Shown: piece by piece, positions 32,399 through 42,900 of the stretch
Layout of the letters: the number at the start of each line of letters is the position of its first letter
How positions within the stretch are numbered: position 1 is the first letter of the stretch
Origin: an uncultured Acidobacteriota bacterium
Lineage (GTDB): Bacteria > Acidobacteriota > UBA6911
Assembly (NCBI GenBank): GCA_963827655.1
Contig: CAWHCF010000036.1
Location: 128,001 to 192,000, forward strand
Reading direction: 5' to 3'
DNA length: 64,000 bases
The notes under the pieces: generated by a model
Databases searched by the model: none
What the model saw: the letters and a program-made list of their open reading frames with translations, nothing else
Told to the model about the DNA's origin: nothing
Program-made: the position numbers and the translations under genes

Positions 32399-32978
32399 AT
32401 GGCTGCTACATCATCCACAATGCTCGAGCTGGGAACTCCAGTGCCCAATTTCGAGCTTCCGGACCTGGACGGGAAATCGACATCCGCTGAAACCTTTGCC
32501 GCATCCAAAGGACTCCTGGTCGCCTTCATCTGTCCTCATTGTCCATACGTCAAACATATCCGGAGCGAATTCGCCCGGTTCGCCCGCGAGTACCACGGAT
32601 CGCGGCCTCGCCGTGATCGCGATCAATTCCAACGATCCGGTCGCGTTCCCCGATGACGGCGTCGCGGGCATGAAACAGGAAACCCGCGAAGTGGGTTACT
32701 CCTTCCCTTACCTGGTCGACAGCTCTCAGGCCGTTGCAAAGGCGTTCAATGCGGCGTGCACGCCGGACCTTTTCCTGTTCGATCGCGCTCGCCGTCTCGC
32801 GTACCGCGGCCAGTTCGACGCCAGCCGGCCAGGCAATCAGGTCCCGGTCAGTGGCGCCGATCTCCGCGCCGCCGCAGACGCCGTCCTGGCGGGCACCCCT
32901 GTTCCCGGCGACCAGAAGGCCAGCATCGGCTGCAACATCAAATGGAAGCCGGGCAACGAACCCGAGTATTTCAAGTAG
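32399..32978 (+). CDS. Thioredoxin/AhpC-TSA family (PRX-like1) protein, frameshift near 32597
   Basis: FICPHCPYV, AINSND, AACTPDLFLFD, YRGQFD, SIGCNIKWK. Confidence 0.9.
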
Positions 32979-33125
32979 CGTCCAGGACTCGAAGTCGTCA
33001 CGGCTTTTCCAAAGCGACTGTTAGGCGGGTGGCCGCTACGTGAAGGGGCTCGACTTTGGTCTGGCGGCTTGCAACGCCGGCCCCGCGTCCGCGTCCGTGC
33101 GGGACGCGTATGCTATGATGCGGTC

Positions 33126-33350
33126 GTGAGAGACAACGGGGCAAGTGGTCAACCAATCTCCGAGGAGTGGCTTCGTGAATTCGACGCGGCCGCCCGCAGG
33201 CCGCTTCCCGTGCGCATGAGATATGCGTTCATCCGCACGTACAAGCCCGTCCTCGACGACGCCGCGTACCGTGCGTTCGACACGATGGAGGAGTACCGCA
33301 GGTGGTGCGAGACCTGTCTTCCCGATTGGCTCGGTTATGGCCGTATTTGA
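33126..33350 (+). CDS. Small hypothetical protein overlapping nucleotidyltransferase gene
   Basis: 74-aa ORF from GTG, 6 nt after TGCTATGAT; overlaps next ATG by 14 nt. Confidence 0.7.
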   Translation: MRDNGASGQPISEEWLREFDAAARRPLPVRMRYAFIRTYKPVLDDAAYRAFDTMEEYRRWCETCLPDWLGYGRI

Positions 33351-33808
33351 CTATCGCCAGGCCGAGGAGCTCCGCACCGTCCTTGGACACTACCAGGTCC
33401 GCTATCTCTTCATAGGAAAATCCGCCGCCATCATCCTCGGCTTTCCCGACACGACTCAGGACGCAGACTTATTTGTCGAGCGTTCCCCGGAGAATCGGCC
33501 GGCGGCTCGTGGCTGCGCTCCGAGATCTCGGCTTTAATCTGACAGAGCAGCAGTCCGGCGAGATCGAGCGCGGAAAGGCTTTAGTTCAACTCAAAGACGG
33601 CCCGTTTGATCTGGACCTCGTGTTCGCACCTGACGGGATCGAAAGTTTTCGCAAGGCGTGGGACCGGAGAGTCGAGGTCGAAGGATACCCTGTCTGCCAC
33701 CTGGATGACGTGATTGCCAGCAAGGAGGCCGCCAATCAGGTCAAAGATCGCGAGGTCTTGCCGAGACTGCGTTCATTTCGCGAGTACTGGTTGAAGAAAA
33801 AGCGCTGA
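33337..33808 (+). CDS. Small nucleotidyltransferase (DUF6036-like), frameshift near 33497
   Basis: YLFIGKSAAIILG..TTQDADLF, DLDLVF, IASKEAA...KDR. Confidence 0.75.
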
Positions 33809-33837
33809 GCATTGACCCTTCTCTGCTTTCGCTGCCT

Positions 33838-33919
33838 GATCACCTGGCCGAGCGGATCGGTTCAACGCCTCGAGAATGTCGAAGCGGACCAGGTGCTCAT
33901 GGTCAAGGAGCCGCTGTAG
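33838..33919 (+). pseudogene. Orphan 3' end of an ASPIC/UnbV (CRTAC1-like) gene
   Basis: ITWPSGSVQRLENVEADQVLMVKEPL-stop, typical ASPIC/UnbV C-terminus, with no upstream part. Confidence 0.6.
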
Positions 33920-33940
33920 CGACTGCGCCGAGAAGCTAGG

Positions 33941-35116
33941 ATGATTACATCGGAGCAACTACTCAACATCGCGTCCCACCGCACCGGTCTGAATGATTTT
34001 GGCGCTCCCGACTTCCGAGAACCCTTGGATATTCTTCTTTATTCGCTGAAGGAAGAAGCCAACCTCTCAACGGTCGGATGGTCAAAGCTGGTAGGAATCA
34101 TGCTTCACAAGCTATCCACTCGACTCCTGATACAGGAGGCGCTTCGAAAGACCCCGGAAATCGCAAAGCAGTCGATTTCCGCACCGCTGTTCATCGTAAG
34201 TTTGCCACGGACCGGTAGTACGCTCCTTTTCAACCTCCTCGCCAAGAATCCACAGAACCGCGCGCCAGAGTTGTGGGAGCTAGAATTTCCCACTTATTCA
34301 CTGGGCGAAAATGACGATAAGGTCAAGTCAAAGATCGAAGCTGTAGAGAAGTTCCTCGAAGGCGCCCATGTCGCGGTACCCGCTTTAAAGGGCATTCACT
34401 TAGCTCGTGCTGAGGATCCAGAAGAATGCACGTTCTTGTTTCAGACATGTTTTCGATCCCCCTCTTATACGATTTACGCCAATACCCCCACTTACACCGC
34501 CTGGCATTTCTCTCACGATATGACGGTTGCGTATTCCTATTACCGCACTCAACTGCAAATTCTTCAATGGCATCAGCGTCATCGTGGCAAACAGTGGATC
34601 CGCAAGTCTCCAGACCATCTTAGATGGCTTGAGTCCTTGCTAAAAGCCTTTCCCGATGCTCGGATCGTGATGTTGCATCGGGAGCCGCGAGAAGTCGTTG
34701 CTTCGTTTTGTAGTTTGGTACTTAACTTCCGAAGTGGATACAGTGAATCGGTCAATGCTAAGTCGATTGGAAGGGACGCCTTGAGCCGGTTAAGCGACAA
34801 CATCGAGAGAATGATGATCGCTCGTGCGGCGGATCCCTGTCCAAGCAGGTACTACGACCTACAATATAGCGACCTTCTCGAGAATCCTGTGGATGCTGTC
34901 CATCGATTATGCGATTACTTTGGCTTATCGGTGAGCGGTGCTTTCGAGACGGAGTTGCGCGCCTATGCAACAGAGAAACCACACCAAAAGGATAAGTTCG
35001 GCGGTCATCAGTATTCTGCGGAGAGCTTTCGACTCGATTCTTCACACGTTGATTCACTATTTCAATTCTATCGGGAACGTTACATCAGCACCGGGTGCAG
35101 AAATGAACAGCTTTAG
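33941..35116 (+). CDS. Sulfotransferase (Sulfotransfer_3 type)
   Basis: FIVSLPRTGSTLL (5'-PSB loop), KSPDH, FPDARIVMLHREP..VVAS (3'-PB); visibly AT-richer than flanks. Confidence 0.9.
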   Translation: MITSEQLLNIASHRTGLNDFGAPDFREPLDILLYSLKEEANLSTVGWSKLVGIMLHKLSTRLLIQEALRKTPEIAKQSISAPLFIVSLPRTGSTLLFNLLAKNPQNRAPELWELEFPTYSLGENDDKVKSKIEAVEKFLEGAHVAVPALKGIHLARAEDPEECTFLFQTCFRSPSYTIYANTPTYTAWHFSHDMTVAYSYYRTQLQILQWHQRHRGKQWIRKSPDHLRWLESLLKAFPDARIVMLHREPREVVASFCSLVLNFRSGYSESVNAKSIGRDALSRLSDNIERMMIARAADPCPSRYYDLQYSDLLENPVDAVHRLCDYFGLSVSGAFETELRAYATEKPHQKDKFGGHQYSAESFRLDSSHVDSLFQFYRERYISTGCRNEQL

Positions 35117-35119
35117 TCC

Positions 35120-35249
35120 AACTGTTCGACCATTCCTCGGATTGTTCCGGAGCCAATGGAATCTCGACCTTTCGCACCACCGTCACGTAAAACTCCTGGA
35201 GCACTTGCACCGAAAGGCCGAAATCCTCCTTCTCGAAAGGATCCAATGA
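35120..35249 (-). pseudogene. Internal fragment of a PIN-domain toxin gene
   Basis: EKEDFGLSVQVLQEFYVTVVRKVEIPLAPEQSEEW, matching the SxQVLQEFY PIN motif. Confidence 0.65.
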
Positions 35250-35259
35250 CTACGGAGGC

Positions 35260-36651
35260 TTACGCTGTCTCTCCGATGGCTTGCTTCACGGCCAGCTCTT
35301 TTTTCCTGCGCATCGGCTGCCTCTTCCAGTAAGTCAGCGAACGCCAGCACCACTCGAGCGGCCCGAAGTGGAAATGCCTTAGCCAGATGGGACTCCACAG
35401 CAGGTTTAACAACCAGATCAGCGCCACGACGAAGTACAACTGGTACCTCTGGAGCCGCCCAAACATCCCGAGCCCGTAGCCGTAAAAGACCAGACTGCAG
35501 ATCAAGGAATGCGAAATGTAGTTGCTGAACGCCATCTGACCGATAGCTGCCAGCCGCCGGGTCAACCAGCCCAGCGCGCCTGCCTTGACCACCATCATGA
35601 TCACTGCCAGGTGCGCCAGCGCCACGGCCACGCGGCCGAAATGGTACGTGGCAAAGATGAACGGAAGTCGTACCGGCTCGAAGTTCACCTGGATCGACTG
35701 CCAGGCCGCCAGGGCGTTCACCGGCAGGCCCAGGAGATACCCCAGCAGGGCCATGGCAAAGTAAAAGCGCCAGGACCGCCCGGCCGTCAGCACGTCTTTC
35801 TTCATGAATGCCATGCCGATCAGCATCAGGGCATACATGTCGGCCATGCCCGGGAAGTAGAATGGCTTCGAGTGCCAGCGCATGGTCATTTGCGCGCGCC
35901 GCTTGAGAGCCGAGAGATAGCTGCCGCGGTAATCGTCGATTTCTTTCTTCACCTCGTCCGGGGGCGGCTGTATGTCTTTGAGCGCGTCTTCCCACTCTTT
36001 CTTCGCTTCTTCGTGCTCCCTGGTAAGCTTCCTTCCGGCCTTCGCCTCGCGCTCTGCCTCCAATGCTTCGGCGCGCATTTCGCGGAACTGATAGCCCTGC
36101 CAGATGCTCATTCCCGTAAGGACGGCAACCAGCAGCGCGGCCGTGATCAACAGAAATCGAGGCGAAAGCTTCCTGAAGGGAAACAGGACGAGGCCGCACA
36201 GGGCGTACGGGTACAGGATGTCGCCAAACCAGATGAGGTACGCGTGGAGGATGCCGAACAGCAGCAGCCATAGAGTGCGCCTGTAATACACATCGGCGAT
36301 TCCTATCCCAGCCCCTCGTTTTTCTCCGCGCGACGTGAGCAGGATCACTCCCGCGCCGAAGCAAAGCGAGAACAATGCCCGCATCTTGCCGTCAAGAAAG
36401 ACATACTGGATCAGCCACGCCGCCAGGTTCGGCCCCGACGATCCTCCGGCAACGGTCGGGTTCAGATAGGCCGCAACCGGCAGACCGAAGGCGAGGATAT
36501 TCATGAGCAGAATGCCGAGCAGCGCGCAGCCGCGCAAGACATCGAGCGCAGAGATGCGCTCAGCCGCTGGCACCGGCTCCATGATCGGTGTCGGCGCCGC
36601 GTTCGCGGCGTGAGGCGCGGTCTCCGGCCCCTGATTGCTTTCTGGTTCCAT
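35260..36651 (-). CDS. DUF418 (YeiB-like) membrane protein
   Basis: ERISALDVLRGCALLGILLMNI, LFSLCFGAG, GDILYPYA, GQMAFSNYI, GPLEWCWRSLTY. Confidence 0.92.
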   Translation of the reverse strand: MEPESNQGPETAPHAANAAPTPIMEPVPAAERISALDVLRGCALLGILLMNILAFGLPVAAYLNPTVAGGSSGPNLAAWLIQYVFLDGKMRALFSLCFGAGVILLTSRGEKRGAGIGIADVYYRRTLWLLLFGILHAYLIWFGDILYPYALCGLVLFPFRKLSPRFLLITAALLVAVLTGMSIWQGYQFREMRAEALEAEREAKAGRKLTREHEEAKKEWEDALKDIQPPPDEVKKEIDDYRGSYLSALKRRAQMTMRWHSKPFYFPGMADMYALMLIGMAFMKKDVLTAGRSWRFYFAMALLGYLLGLPVNALAAWQSIQVNFEPVRLPFIFATYHFGRVAVALAHLAVIMMVVKAGALGWLTRRLAAIGQMAFSNYISHSLICSLVFYGYGLGMFGRLQRYQLYFVVALIWLLNLLWSPIWLRHFHFGPLEWCWRSLTYWKRQPMRRKKELAVKQAIGETA

Positions 36652-36673
36652 CTTTCTGTTTGTCGGCGTTCCG

Positions 36674-36819
36674 GGGTTCGCGCAGAAATAAGTTCACGCT
36701 CTGGCGCGAGAGTCGGGGGACAGGTTTGAACCGCTCCTCGCTGCTGCGAACTCCGGCACCCTCAGATGCGCTCTCGGGCTGTGCCACCTGCGCCAGAATT
36801 CTAATCTCTGCGCGAACCA
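36674..36819. mobile_element. MITE copy 3, degenerate
   Basis: Left end GGGTTCGCGCAGAAATAAGTTCACGCTCTGGCGCGAGAGTCGG; decayed right end CAGAATTCTAATCTCTGCGCGAACC; no clear TSD. Confidence 0.7.
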
Positions 36820-36846
36820 CTGGGCGCCAGGTGGCGTGTCCAGCGA

Positions 36847-38454
36847 TTACTCCGCCAGGCGCCGAACCTCCTCGACACAATCGTCGACCTTTACGCGCCA
36901 CTGACGGAGAGAATCCCGGTCGCGAATCGTGACGGTGTTGTCCTCGAGCGTCTGGCCGTCGACCGTGATGCAGTAGGGTGTGCCGACCTCGTCTTGTCGA
37001 CGGTAACGGCGCCCGATCGAGTCCTTCTCATCATAGGAGACGCTGAAGTGCTTTTTCAGAACGGCGTAGATCTCTCTGGCGACGCCGGACATGCCGCCGT
37101 GCTTGACCAGGGGGAAGATGGCTGCTTTGAGGGGTGCGATGCGAGGGTGCAGCTTCAAGACCACACGGGGTTCCAACTTTCCGCCTTCGTCCGGCGCCTG
37201 GTCTTCCGTGTAAGCCTCGCACAGAAAGGCGAGCAGCGCCCGATCCACGCCGGCGGAGGGTTCGATTACGTGCGGCGTGTAACGTTCGCCGGAGATTTCA
37301 TCGCGATAGGTAAGATCCTTTCCGCTGCCGCGCCACTTGGGTTTGCCATCGGGTCCCAGTTCGACCTGGAGCGGGCGCGAGCGCGGGTCGAGTTTCCCCT
37401 CCATGTGACTTCGCAGATCGAAGTCGCCCCTATGCGCAATTCCTTCCAGCTCTCCGAACTCCCCGGCCGCAAGGAAGGGGAATGCATATTCGATGTCCGC
37501 TGTCCCGACCGAGTAGTGGCTCAACTCTTCGGGAGTGTGCTCGCGCAAGCGCAAGCGCTCACTCGCCAGCCCCAGATCGGTGTACCACTTCATCCTGCGG
37601 TCACGCCAGTACTGATACCAGCTGTGCGAAGACTCGGGGTGGCAAAAGAACTCGATCTCCATCTGCTCGAATTCGCGCGAGCGAAAAGTGAAATTGCGAG
37701 GGGTGATCTCGTTCCTGAAGCTCTTTCCAATCTGCGCTATCCCCAGAGGGACTCGGACGCGCGAGCTGCTGAGGACATTCTTGAAGTTCACGAAAATGCC
37801 CTGGGCGGTTTCGGGCCGCAGGAAGGCCGCACTCTGTTCGTCGGCCAGCGCGCCGATGTGGGTCTGGAAGATCAGATTGAAAGCGCGCGGCTCGGTCAGC
37901 GTTCCGAGCGTTTTGGCGTCGGGACCCAGGACAAGCGAGCCGTCCTGCACCTCGACCAGGGAAAGAGACTGGCCGTCCCACTTGAGCTGATCCGCGTGCT
38001 TTTCGCGAAGGTTGAAAAACTTCAGAGCGCGCCTTCGAGTATCTTCCTCCTGCTCGTCAGGCTCGGCGGCCGTTGCCACGAAGATTCGCTGGCTCTTGGC
38101 TTCCACCCAGCGGCCGCGCACCTGGTCGTACCGGTAGCGGCGTTTGGATTCCCGACAGTCAATCATGAGGTCGGAAAACAGGTCATAGTGCCCCGAACAC
38201 TTCCAGACCTGCGGATGCATGATGATCGAGGAGTCGATCCCGGTCATGGCATAGGCCTCGGGAGCCCCCTCGGGCGGATTCAACTCGTTATGGCGGGTGA
38301 CCATATCGAGCCACCAGGCCTCTTTGATGTTTCGCTTGAGTTCGACTCCCATGGGACCGTAGTCCCAGAAGCCGTTCAGACCGCCGTAGATCTCGCTTGA
38401 TTGAAAAATAATGCCTCGCCGCTTGCAGAGCGAGACCAGCTTATCCATCTTCAT
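36847..38454 (-). CDS. glyQS: Glycine--tRNA ligase, homodimeric alpha2 type
   Basis: LVSLCKRRG, YGGLNGFWDYGPMG, LRPETAQG, GKSFRNEITPRNFTFRSREFEQMEIE, PHVIEPSAG, SIGRRYRRQDEVGTP. Confidence 0.95.
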   Translation of the reverse strand: MKMDKLVSLCKRRGIIFQSSEIYGGLNGFWDYGPMGVELKRNIKEAWWLDMVTRHNELNPPEGAPEAYAMTGIDSSIIMHPQVWKCSGHYDLFSDLMIDCRESKRRYRYDQVRGRWVEAKSQRIFVATAAEPDEQEEDTRRRALKFFNLREKHADQLKWDGQSLSLVEVQDGSLVLGPDAKTLGTLTEPRAFNLIFQTHIGALADEQSAAFLRPETAQGIFVNFKNVLSSSRVRVPLGIAQIGKSFRNEITPRNFTFRSREFEQMEIEFFCHPESSHSWYQYWRDRRMKWYTDLGLASERLRLREHTPEELSHYSVGTADIEYAFPFLAAGEFGELEGIAHRGDFDLRSHMEGKLDPRSRPLQVELGPDGKPKWRGSGKDLTYRDEISGERYTPHVIEPSAGVDRALLAFLCEAYTEDQAPDEGGKLEPRVVLKLHPRIAPLKAAIFPLVKHGGMSGVAREIYAVLKKHFSVSYDEKDSIGRRYRRQDEVGTPYCITVDGQTLEDNTVTIRDRDSLRQWRVKVDDCVEEVRRLAE

Positions 38455-38500
38455 GATTGATCCGGATTAAAGATAAAGTTAGTGCGGCGGAACAAAAATC

Positions 38501-38540
38501 AACCTCTAAGACACGAAGACTCGAAGAAACGCGAAGAAAC
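38501..38540. repeat. Palindromic-repeat family single right arm
   Basis: AACCTCTAAGACACGAAGACTCGAAGAAACGCGAAGAAAC. Confidence 0.75.
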
Positions 38541-38546
38541 CGTTGT

Positions 38547-39971
38547 TCAGGCGAGCAGACCCTTCACGACCTTGCCGTGCACGTCGGTGAGACGAAAACG
38601 GCGTCCCTGGTAGCGATAAGTAAGCCGCTCATGATCGATGCCCAGCAGGTGCAGCAGCGTAGCTTGAAAATCGTGGACGTGCACGCCGTCTTTCACCACG
38701 TTGTAGCCGAATTCGCAGGTTTCGCCGTAGATGGTGCCAGGTTTTACGCCTCCGCCCGCCATCCACATGGTGAAGCAGCGCGGGTGATGATCGCGGCCGT
38801 AATCGTCGGCCGTAAGCTTCCCTTGCGAATAGTTCGTCCGTCCAAATTCACCACCCCAGATCACCAGCGTGTCCGCGAGCAGACCGCGCGACTTGAGGTC
38901 TCGAATGAGAGCGGCCGCGGGCTGGTCGGTTTCTTTGCATTGCGTGCGGATTCCTGATGGCAGATGAAGATGCTGGTCCCACCCCTGGTGATAGAGCTGG
39001 ATAAACTTCACGTTCCGTTCGGCCAGGCGCCGCGCAAGCAGGCAGTTGGCCGCGAAGGTACCCGGCGTGCGGGAATCCGGACCGTAGAGTTCGAAGACCT
39101 GGTCGGGTTCCTTCGACGTATCCATGGCTTCGGGCACCGAAGTCTGCATCCGGTAAGCCATCTCGAATTGGGCGATGCGGGTATTGATCTCTTCATCGGC
39201 GACGTTTTCGTACTGGATCTCTTCCAGCTCGCGCAGACGGTTTAGCGCGAGGCGCCGACTCTCGCTGGAAATTCCCTCGGGGTTGTTGAGGTAGAGCACG
39301 GGATCCTTGCCGGAGCGGAACTGGACGCCCTGATGGCGCGATGGGAGAAAGCCGCCGCTCCACAAGCGCGCATACAGGGGCTGGTCGGATCTACCTTTTT
39401 TTGTGATCAGGACCACAAAGGCGGGAAGATTCTCGTTATCGCTCCCCAGGCCGTAATTGACCCACGCGCCGATACTGGGGCGGCCCGAAAGCTGAGACCC
39501 GGTCTGGAAAAAAGTGATGGCCGGGTCGTGATTGATGGCCTCGGTTTGCATCGACCGGATGATGCAGAGGTCGTCCACGATTTTCGCGGTGTGAGGGAGG
39601 AGCTCGCTCACCCAGGCGCCGGCCTGGCCGTGCTGCTGGAACTTGAAGAGAGAACCCGCCAGCGGCAGGGTGGCCTGATTCCCGGACATGCCCGTGAGAC
39701 GCTGGCCCATCCGCACCGATTCAGGCAGCTCCTCGCCGTTGCGCTGGTTGAGCAGCGGCTTGTAATCAAAAGTTTCAAGCTGCGACGGCCCGCCGCTCAT
39801 AAAAAGGTAAATGACCCGTTTGGCCCTGGGCGGGAAATGGGTCGCTCCAAGCGCGCCGCGTCCTCCGAGCAGGTGCGCGACGGCGATCCCGCCGAGCCCG
39901 AAGCCGATGCGGTTGAGAACCTCCCGTCGGCTGAATTGGTGACAGGCTACTCTTTTCCCAGTTTCCATCAT
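38547..39971 (-). CDS. DUF1501 family protein (Tat signal)
   Basis: SRREVL, HFPPRAKRVIYLFMSGGPSQLETFDYKP, CLLARRLAER, GWDQH, WGGEFGRT, GRDHH. Confidence 0.92.
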   Translation of the reverse strand: MMETGKRVACHQFSRREVLNRIGFGLGGIAVAHLLGGRGALGATHFPPRAKRVIYLFMSGGPSQLETFDYKPLLNQRNGEELPESVRMGQRLTGMSGNQATLPLAGSLFKFQQHGQAGAWVSELLPHTAKIVDDLCIIRSMQTEAINHDPAITFFQTGSQLSGRPSIGAWVNYGLGSDNENLPAFVVLITKKGRSDQPLYARLWSGGFLPSRHQGVQFRSGKDPVLYLNNPEGISSESRRLALNRLRELEEIQYENVADEEINTRIAQFEMAYRMQTSVPEAMDTSKEPDQVFELYGPDSRTPGTFAANCLLARRLAERNVKFIQLYHQGWDQHLHLPSGIRTQCKETDQPAAALIRDLKSRGLLADTLVIWGGEFGRTNYSQGKLTADDYGRDHHPRCFTMWMAGGGVKPGTIYGETCEFGYNVVKDGVHVHDFQATLLHLLGIDHERLTYRYQGRRFRLTDVHGKVVKGLLA

Positions 39972-42900
39972 CGTTTCATCACAAACTCATCGTGGTTCAT
40001 GAGGGTGCCGGCCAGCACCGCCGTGGCCGCCACGTCAGCCGCCGGCAGTTTCGTGTCGCGCGGGTGTTCACCTGTGGCCAGATATTTCCCGGCTGACTCC
40101 GGGTGGGCCGTGAAGTACGTCAGTTGATCGTCGTAAAGCCGGCGCAGGACTTCCCGTTCCTGTGGCTCCGGCCGGCGACTCGTAAGCAGGCGAAATGTGT
40201 CCACTATGCGCGCGTCGATGTCGGCGCCGCGCTCGCGCACCAGTCTTTCGGCAATGACTCGCGCCGCTTCCACGAATTGCGGGTCGTTCAGCAAAACCAG
40301 CGACTGGAGCGGAGTCGAGGTCGTTTCCCGCCTGGCAATGCATGACTCGCGCGACATGGCATCAAAGCTGAGCATCGACGGCGGGGGGGACGTCCGGCGC
40401 CAGAACGTGTACAGGCTGCGGCGATAGAGACCCTCGCCTTTGTCCGGCTGGTAGGTCTTGTGCGTCCCGGATTCTTCCCACAGTCCCGCCGGCTGGTAAG
40501 GCTTCACGCTCGGGCCGCCGATCTTGCGGACAAGCAGACCGCTTGCCGCCAGGGCGTTGTCGCGGATCTGTTCGGCCTGCAGCCGATGCTTCGGACCGCG
40601 CGCCAGCAGCCGGTTTTCGGGGTCGCGGGCGAGCAGGTCGGGGCTGACTCGCGACGCTTGCCGGTAAGTCGCCGATGTCACAATGAGCTTGTGAAGCATC
40701 TTGCGATTCCATCCGCCGGTCATGAACTCTCCGGCCAGCCAATCGAGCAACTCGGGATACGTGGGCAACTCGCCCTGGCTGCCGAAATCCTCTGCTTTTG
40801 CGACCAGGCCACGCCCGAAATGTATTTTCCAGACCTGATTCACCGCCACGCGGGCGGTCAACGGATTGCGGCGATCTACCATCCATTGGGCCAGGCCCAG
40901 CCGGTTACGGGGCCATCCGTCGGGAAACGGCATCACGTGCTCGGGGGTGCCCGGCTCAACCCGTTCCCCTGGAGCGTCGTAGCCGCCGCGCTTGAGCAGA
41001 AAAGTGGCGCGCGGCTGCGGTAGTTCCTTCATGACCATGATTTCACGGACATCGTTGGCCAGGTTGCTTTCCTCCTCGCGCAATCGCCGTAGCGCAGCCA
41101 GGGCCGATTGATACTCGCGATCATGACGGTTGAGGTAATACTCCAGCAGTTCCTGATCCGGCTTTGTGGCCGCGGGATCGGGCTGCAACGTCGAGGCGTC
41201 CGCAAGGCATCTGGCTTCGAGTGACGTGAGGCGTCGGTCGAACACCTGGAAGTCGTCGACCAGGCCGTTCTTGAAACCCGAGTCCCGGAAGCGCGCGCCC
41301 AGCGTGAGCTCGATTTTATCGATGTCCGTGTCGCCCCATTCCTTGCGGTGCACGATGTCCTTGAACAGGTTGTCGCGCACGACTTCGAGCGCCATCGGCC
41401 GGCCGTTGAGATAGATACTCAAGCCCGCGGCCCTGCTGGAACCGTCGTAGGTGACGGTGAGGTGAGACCAGACATTCGGGGGGATCGCGTCCTTGGCGCG
41501 CACAGAGACTGCGTTGCCGGGCCAGAAATGAATCAGGGCAAAGTTGGGCCTGCCGTCTTCCAGCACGAGCTCGTAGCCGCGGCTGCCGGAGTCGGTCCAT
41601 GCGCGAGAGTGATGGAAGATGACGGCGCGCGCTTGTTGCGCGGCGGGCTTCAGCCACAGAACGAAGCTGAACGGATCGGTGCGCTTGAAGGCTCCACTCC
41701 CCTTGCAGATGACAGAGTTGTCGCCGCTGAATTTGATCGCACTGCCTTGGCGCCCTTCCGCAAGGATGGGACCATCGACGAGTTCGGCGGGCAGGCTCGG
41801 GTTAATCGAGTTTGCTGTCTTGTTGCCGGTGATTTCATTGAAGGTGAAGGCGGAGACTCCCCCTTCAGCGGAGAGATCCTTTCCCGCGCTGCGCCGCCAT
41901 TCTTCAAAGCGGCCGCGAGCCGCGGCCTGGATCTTGTCGAGTCCAGCTTCGGCCCCGGCAATTTTGTGCCTCAACTCTTTCTGTCTGGCTTCGACGCCGT
42001 CGCGGTACAGCAGCAGCGTGGGCGAGGGCGTGGCCTGGGTGAAGTGCGAGTACAGCCCGGACTCGTCGATGTTGTTGAAGAAGGCGAAGAGACGATAGTA
42101 ATCCTTCTGGCTGATCGGGTCGAACTTGTGGTCGTGGCAGCGGGCACACTCCAGCGTGAGCCCGAGGAACGCCGTACCCATCGTGTGTACGCGATCGGCG
42201 ACGTATTCGGTGCGGAACTCCTCCTCGACGCTTCCGCCTTCGTTAGTTTGGCGATGCAGGCGATTGAATGCGGTGGCCAGGCGTTGCTCGTGAGTCGCGC
42301 CCGGGATCAGATCGCCGGCCAGCTGCCAGAAAATGAACTTATCGTAGGAAAGATTCTCGTTGAACGCGCGGATGACCCAATCGCGCCACGGCGACATGTC
42401 GCGGTCCACGTCCGCCTGATACCCATAGGTGTCGGCATAGCGCGCCAGGTCGAGCCAGTCATTGGCCATGCGTTCACCGTAATGAGGCGAGGCCAGGAGA
42501 CGATCAACCAGCTTATCGTACGCGTCCGGTGACTTGTCGCCGACGAACGCATCTATGTCCGCCAATCCCGGCGGCAGGCCGGTGAGATCGAAGCTGAGGC
42601 GGCGAATCAGCGTCTCCCGCGAAGCCTCCGGCGAGGGATGCAGAGTCTCCGGCTCGAGCCGCGACAGCACGAATCGGTCTATGGCATTCCGCGGCCATTT
42701 GCGATCCTTTACCTCCGGAATCTGTACGTTCTCCACCGGAATGAAGGACCAGTGCGGCTTGAACTCGGCCCCTTGCTGGATCCAGCGGCGGATCAGGTCG
42801 GTTTCTTCCGGACTCACCGCGAGATTGCTCCAGGGCGGCGGCATCATCTGGGCCGGATCGGTTGAAGTGAGCCGGCGTATGACCTCGCTCTTGCCCGGAT

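Noticed and set aside
33019-33025. GTTAGGC core site before the small protein + NTase pair
   Set aside because: Isolated 7-mer with no inverse core site downstream of the pair
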